Source of the DNA: Candidatus Thorarchaeota archaeon
GTDB taxonomy: Archaea; Asgardarchaeota; Thorarchaeia; Thorarchaeales; Thorarchaeaceae
Reading direction: 5' to 3'
NCBI GenBank assembly: GCA_016933575.1
Contig: JAFGAR010000028.1
Span: forward strand, 231,672-295,671
Length of the DNA stretch: 64,000 nucleotides
The notes below the pieces were generated by a model. It saw nothing but the letters and a program-made list of their open reading frames with translations, ran no database searches and was not told the origin of the DNA. The translations under genes and the position numbers were made by a program. This document shows, piece by piece, positions 59,496-64,000 of the stretch (positions are counted from its first letter, which is position 1; each line of letters begins with the position of its first letter).

Positions 59496-61328
59496 CTACG
59501 AATAGATCTTATTCTGATTAAACACGAGGCTCTTCACAGTGACAGGAAAAGCTTGACCTGAATGAATGGGCGAACCAATATCTATCCAGTCACCTTCCTC
59601 AAGGAATAATTCATCCAGACAGATGAGATTGTGCTGAATTGCAGTTTCACGACGAATCATTAAACCAACCATTTTCCCAATATCAGTCTGGAACAACAGG
59701 ATTACCATCTTCTTTCTTCTGACAGATACTGGAAGAGCATTCTCGATAGCTTTAACAAATTCCTGGAGCCAATTATACGACCGATAGAGTGCATCTTTGA
59801 AATACAATGCGACCAGGTCGTCACCCTCAATCCTATCATATTTTACAAAGGCATTTTCAATTTCCGTTCGTACATTATCAATACTATAATTCTCCTTGGT
59901 TATATTGACAGGGATTACTGGGACATTCTTGATTGGAAATTCGATGCTGCTATCGAAATAGCAGGTTGAACCAGAAACTGAGAGCGTGAATGCGCCTGCG
60001 CCAATTACTGTGGCTCTGATTTTATTTTCAGGTTCGATGATTGATAGACCAGCTTCTCTTGCAAGTGTGCTTATCTCCTTGGCAAGATATTTCCCTATGT
60101 CATCATAAGCTCCTTCATTGCCATATATCATCTCAGCGACGCCCCCTGAGAAAGAATAATGATCAACTGGAACTTTGAAATCAATATCACTGGTCATCAT
60201 GAGCTCTTTGGAAATGCGGCTTCTAGCGTTTCCTTGCATCACCTCAATTAATGCACTGGCATAGGTATGAGCGATTCGCTGAACATCTTCTTCAGTGATT
60301 GTATCCCCCAATTGATAGTTCATACCCAACTCGTTCATGATGAAGAAGGTCGGTTCGTCGATCCTCCAGATCTTGAAATCCTTCTTGATACCCAATAAAC
60401 GACCACCAACGTTTATGCAAGATGTACTGAGAACGATCCCATTTTTAGCAATTGCCAGATTACTAGTTCCACCACCAACATCCACATTCATGATTGTCTT
60501 CTGAGTTTCGAGAGACCTTTGTACTATACCGCTACCCATTGCACTAAGAACAGATTCATAATTCGGTCCTGCTGCTGCGCTTACAAACTTGCCAGATTCA
60601 GAAGATAGACGTCTAACAATCTCCTCAGCATTTTGTTTCTTTGCTGTTTCTCCAGTGACCAAAACAGCTCCAGATTCGACCATATCAGGTGTCAAGCCAG
60701 CCTTACGATATTCATCCTCGCAGAATTTTATGATAGCCTCGATGTCGATAGTGTGCCGATCTATAAGAGGAGTGAAGATTATGTCACTCTCATAGAGGAT
60801 CTCTCGATCCGTCAGTTGAAAACGATTTGTAGGATTGAGAAAGCTACGCTCTCGATTTAGTGTAAGTCGAGAGAATATCAGATGTGAAGTTGATGATCCA
60901 ATATCTATTCCAACACTCAACATTCGCATACAACTGGGTCGGTCATAACTAGGAATAACCATAGTCTTAGGTGAAGAGAATGTCCTTTCCTTCTCTTCTT
61001 CATCTAATGATGATTGTAATTTCTTTTGCTCTGCATTTGATAGAGCAGAATTCAAGATTGGACTTATCTCACCCATCAGTCGGTCATAATTCTGGCCAGG
61101 TTCTAGAACTGACTTGAGTGCAGGTCCGAATTCTTTAATCAAATGATGCACTCTTGAAATCTCGGAAGCATTCTCAGATAGATGATTCTGTAGGAGTGAT
61201 TCATATTGCTGCTTGAATTTCTCTTTCAGTCTAACATTATCTCTATCCAGATGCTCATCGAAGAATTTCTGCACTATCTCAATGATCTGATATTTCAGGC
61301 GTTGTGCATCTATTTCGACCATTCTCAT
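59496..61328 (-). CDS. eutA: EutA-like actin-fold (ASKHA) ATPase with an N-terminal helical extension
   Basis: SVGIDIGSSTSHLIFSRL, VTGETAKKQNA, AAAGPNYES, DVGGGTSN, FSGGVAE, IRATVIGAG, PVTVKSLVF. Confidence 0.85.
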   Translation of the reverse strand: MRMVEIDAQRLKYQIIEIVQKFFDEHLDRDNVRLKEKFKQQYESLLQNHLSENASEISRVHHLIKEFGPALKSVLEPGQNYDRLMGEISPILNSALSNAEQKKLQSSLDEEEKERTFSSPKTMVIPSYDRPSCMRMLSVGIDIGSSTSHLIFSRLTLNRERSFLNPTNRFQLTDREILYESDIIFTPLIDRHTIDIEAIIKFCEDEYRKAGLTPDMVESGAVLVTGETAKKQNAEEIVRRLSSESGKFVSAAAGPNYESVLSAMGSGIVQRSLETQKTIMNVDVGGGTSNLAIAKNGIVLSTSCINVGGRLLGIKKDFKIWRIDEPTFFIMNELGMNYQLGDTITEEDVQRIAHTYASALIEVMQGNARSRISKELMMTSDIDFKVPVDHYSFSGGVAEMIYGNEGAYDDIGKYLAKEISTLAREAGLSIIEPENKIRATVIGAGAFTLSVSGSTCYFDSSIEFPIKNVPVIPVNITKENYSIDNVRTEIENAFVKYDRIEGDDLVALYFKDALYRSYNWLQEFVKAIENALPVSVRRKKMVILLFQTDIGKMVGLMIRRETAIQHNLICLDELFLEEGDWIDIGSPIHSGQAFPVTVKSLVFNQNKIYS

Positions 61329-63361
61329 TCAACCTCGAAGTATTCTTTATTCTGATTGAAAACTAGGCTTTTGACAGTGACAGGAAATGATTGCGTGGAT
61401 TTCAATGGAGCACCAATGTCAATCCAATCGCCAGCTTCGAGATTTAATTCATCTAGGCAGAGCAAGTTATTCTGAATAGTGGTTTCATTCCGTATGTTAA
61501 TTCCAAGAACTTTCGCAAAATCATAGGCAAATATCAAAATGATTGGCTTCTTCTTCTCAACAGAGTTTGGTAGAGCTTTCTCTATTGCTTTAGCAAAGAC
61601 CTTGAAACGATCCTGGTGGTGGATTTGTTCACTAAAATAGAGGGCAACCAAGTCGTTACCCTCAACTATATCGAATGTTTTGAAGGCTCGTCTGATCTCC
61701 TCTTCAAACCAGCTGCTATCAAACTCCTCGTTTCGTAAGTGTACAGGAATAACAGGGACATTCGTGATAGGCAAATCAATGTCATCGTAGTAGAAGGTCG
61801 TAGAACCTGAAACAGATAGAGAGAAACTCCCAGCACCAATCACAGTTGCCCGTATCTTATTCTCTGGTTCAACAATGGGGAGCTTTAGTCCTGTAACCTG
61901 ATTTCTGATTTCTTGGGCAAGATATTTACCAATGTCATCATAGTTACCACCATTGCCATAAATCATCTCAGCGACGCCGCCAGAAAATGAAACCTCATCA
62001 ATTGGAATCGTGAAATCGAGATCATCCGCCATCATCAATTCCTTTGCGATAACACTTGTAGCTGGACCTCGCATCACTTCGACCAGTGTCTTCGCATATT
62101 CACGTGCTATTGCTCGAACATCCTGTTCAGGTATTGTATCTCCAATCCTATAGTTCATTCCTAGCTCTTTCATGACGAATTGTGTTGGACCATCAATACG
62201 CCAGATTTTGAATTCATCATCAATTCCGAGAAGACGTCCTCCAACATTTATGCACGACGTACTGAGCACTTGACCTCTTGACGCAATAGACATGTTACTA
62301 GTACCCCCGCCAACATCTACGTGTAAGATGTTCTTTTGGCGAAAACCAGATTGAGCAACGATTCCACTTCCCATAGCCCCAAGAAGTGATTCGAGATTAA
62401 CACCAGCAGCAGCACTTACGAACTTTCCAGATTTCGAGGATAGTCTCTCGACGATCTCTTCAGCATTCTTCTTTTTCGCAGTCTCTCCTGTGACAATAAC
62501 AGCTCCAGTCTCGACCATCTCAGGAGAAATTCCAGCCTTCCGGTATTGTTCCTCACAGAACTCAATCACTGCTTCAATATCAATTGTGTATCTGTCAAGG
62601 AGAGGTGTGAATATAATCGGGCTCTGATAGATAATCTCCCGGTTCACTAGAACAAATCGATTTGATATATTGAACAGACTAATCTCACGTTTCAGAGTCA
62701 ATCGTGAAAAGATGAGATGTGAGGTGGAGGAGCCAATATCGATTCCAACACTCATCACTGTCATGTATTCAACACTATCAGCTGGTACATGACCCATTAA
62801 AAGCTCGATTGGTTCAAAAGGTTCGTCTGCAACGACTTCCTCAACCGGTTGAGAGTCTGATGTCTGAGTGATCCTGATTATAACATCTCTATCGCAGTGT
62901 TGTGGCAATTCCACTTCTTCATCCGAACTAAGTATCTGTTTTTTCATTTCATGAGTAACTTCTATTTCCACTCCACAGATTGAGCAATAGAAGGAGACAT
63001 TAACAGAATGATCGCCACCAGGCATGATAGGGCCTTGTCGTTTCAATTCAGATTTCTTGTTTCTTCTGTGGGCTCCTTCCCATGGAGCCTTTAGTGTCAT
63101 CTGAATCATGGTCATTAGAGTATCGAATTCAAGGGAAGGTTTCAACACCGAAGATAAAGCTGGTCTGAAAGACACAATCAATCTACGAATTCCATCAACC
63201 TCAGTACTATCTTCAGACTCATATTGCTCCAATTGCCTGCTGTATGCGGCTTTGAAGAATTCACTCATGGATTCTGCATTCTCATTAAAGTTCTTTTCAA
63301 AGAATCCTCTTGTGACAGTGAGGATGTAGCTCCTGAGGTTTTGAACAGTGTCGAGGGTCAT
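61325..63361 (-). CDS. eutA: Second EutA-like ATPase with an N-terminal helical extension and a zinc-ribbon insert
   Basis: Same EutA motifs; extra FYCSICG ... LPQHCDR; 4-bp overlap with the downstream paralog. Confidence 0.85.
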   Translation of the reverse strand: MTLDTVQNLRSYILTVTRGFFEKNFNENAESMSEFFKAAYSRQLEQYESEDSTEVDGIRRLIVSFRPALSSVLKPSLEFDTLMTMIQMTLKAPWEGAHRRNKKSELKRQGPIMPGGDHSVNVSFYCSICGVEIEVTHEMKKQILSSDEEVELPQHCDRDVIIRITQTSDSQPVEEVVADEPFEPIELLMGHVPADSVEYMTVMSVGIDIGSSTSHLIFSRLTLKREISLFNISNRFVLVNREIIYQSPIIFTPLLDRYTIDIEAVIEFCEEQYRKAGISPEMVETGAVIVTGETAKKKNAEEIVERLSSKSGKFVSAAAGVNLESLLGAMGSGIVAQSGFRQKNILHVDVGGGTSNMSIASRGQVLSTSCINVGGRLLGIDDEFKIWRIDGPTQFVMKELGMNYRIGDTIPEQDVRAIAREYAKTLVEVMRGPATSVIAKELMMADDLDFTIPIDEVSFSGGVAEMIYGNGGNYDDIGKYLAQEIRNQVTGLKLPIVEPENKIRATVIGAGSFSLSVSGSTTFYYDDIDLPITNVPVIPVHLRNEEFDSSWFEEEIRRAFKTFDIVEGNDLVALYFSEQIHHQDRFKVFAKAIEKALPNSVEKKKPIILIFAYDFAKVLGINIRNETTIQNNLLCLDELNLEAGDWIDIGAPLKSTQSFPVTVKSLVFNQNKEYFEVE

Positions 63362-63406
63362 TGAAGTTCACTCAGATATGTAACTGATTTGAATATAAAC
63401 AATATG

Positions 63407-63436
63407 TTAATATATTAAAAAGTACATTATTGTACT
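63407..63436. promoter_or_regulatory. Divergent promoter with a symmetric TATA-like element and a palindromic operator
   Basis: TTAATATATTAA (63407-63418); AGTACA-ttat-TGTACT (63421-63436) directly abuts ATG 63437. Confidence 0.55.
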
Positions 63437-63826
63437 ATGACTGATAATAACCAGACCAAGAAAAAGAAAGACACGCGGAAGGCAAGATCCATAGCAGAAC
63501 GAGCAGAAACAATCTTCAAGTTTATTGATGCTCAACCGGGTCCATTTCCGAAATCAGAATTTCGACGCATTCGATTGAACCCGAAGGCGGCAGAGAGCTG
63601 GGTACGTCTTATTGAGTATATTCAGAGTCAACCAATGATACGAGTGACACGGATGGGATCATCAACATACATAGAGAAAATTGAGAACAAGTATCTCAGT
63701 ATGATGAGGAAGCGGATTCTAAATCCCAAGTTGTCTTTAAAGGAGAGAAATGATGCTATGAAGGATTACATCAATGCGCTACAGACACTTGAGATAATGG
63801 AAGATGGAAGAATCAAGACTGGATGA
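63437..63826 (+). CDS. Small basic protein, putative winged-helix DNA-binding regulator
   Basis: AETIFKFIDAQPGPFPKSEFRRIRLNPKAAESWVRLIEYIQSQPMIRVTRMGSSTYIE has a wH-like pattern; divergent from the eutA pair. Confidence 0.6.
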   Translation: MTDNNQTKKKKDTRKARSIAERAETIFKFIDAQPGPFPKSEFRRIRLNPKAAESWVRLIEYIQSQPMIRVTRMGSSTYIEKIENKYLSMMRKRILNPKLSLKERNDAMKDYINALQTLEIMEDGRIKTG

Positions 63827-63871
63827 GATGCATATAGGCAATGCAGCGATGACCACTGATAGAACTTTGAA

Positions 63872-64000
63872 TTAGGGGTAGCTATTTACTCCTGATACAA
63901 TAGCATTGCAAATTGCAGTATAGAGTCTGCCTGAGAGTGTGGAGTATAGGTCTTGATTATCTCCATCGAAACTCATGTCATTCCATGATCCCATTCCACC
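63872..64000 (-). CDS. C-terminal end of a hypothetical protein running off the right edge
   Basis: GGMGSWNDMSFDGDNQDLYSTLSGRLYTAICNAIVSGVNSYP*; I recognise GGMGSWND as a recurring motif in uncharacterised proteins. Confidence 0.65.
   Translation of the reverse strand, partial: GGMGSWNDMSFDGDNQDLYSTLSGRLYTAICNAIVSGVNSYP

Noticed and set aside
59496-63361. Calling the EutA-like pair Asgard actins
   Set aside because: They share only the ASKHA fold; the motifs (TGETA, IRATVIGAG, PVTVKSLVF) are EutA-specific, not actin-like.
1-64000. CRISPR arrays, rRNA, transposases, integrases, phage genes
   Set aside because: No regularly spaced direct repeats, rRNA-like segments or mobile-element protein motifs were seen by eye.

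Overview
Archaeal chromosomal DNA, very likely an Asgard archaeon of the Thorarchaeia type. The evidence is longin/small-GTPase fusion proteins, many single-pass C-terminally anchored surface proteins, archaeal GGTG/GAGG-type RBSs and a moderately AT-rich composition. Positions 1-11060 hold one uninterrupted minus-strand reading frame of at least 3686 codons that runs off the left edge and is therefore missing from the ORF track. It encodes a giant secreted mosaic protein: CARDB-like Ig domains, a clostripain/C11-type cysteine peptidase, Ig-like repeats and several FG-GAP/VCBS propellers, two of them tandemly duplicated. Next is a housekeeping block: a class II aminotransferase, a Ca2+ exchanger, ppa, a HAD hydrolase, nadA divergent from an NAD-kinase/wHTH fusion, and a beta-CASP nuclease. 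It is followed by a tandem pair of longin-GTPase-longin-wH-wH paralogs (one intact GTPase, one pseudo-GTPase, with NPRL2-like tails), an Eco31I/Alw26I-like m6A plus permuted m5C methyltransferase pair with no nearby nuclease, tldD-pmbA, a polar amino-acid ABC transporter and tRNA-Cys(GCA). A small protein with a T3SS-needle/EspA-like C-terminus sits at the tRNA 3' end. The right part is an accessory region of redox, transport and surface genes with gene remnants, a GNAT-OB-fold fusion and two tandem EutA-like actin-fold ATPases carrying a shared unknown N-terminal domain, opposite a small putative regulator. All family calls come from motif recognition by eye; no searches were run.
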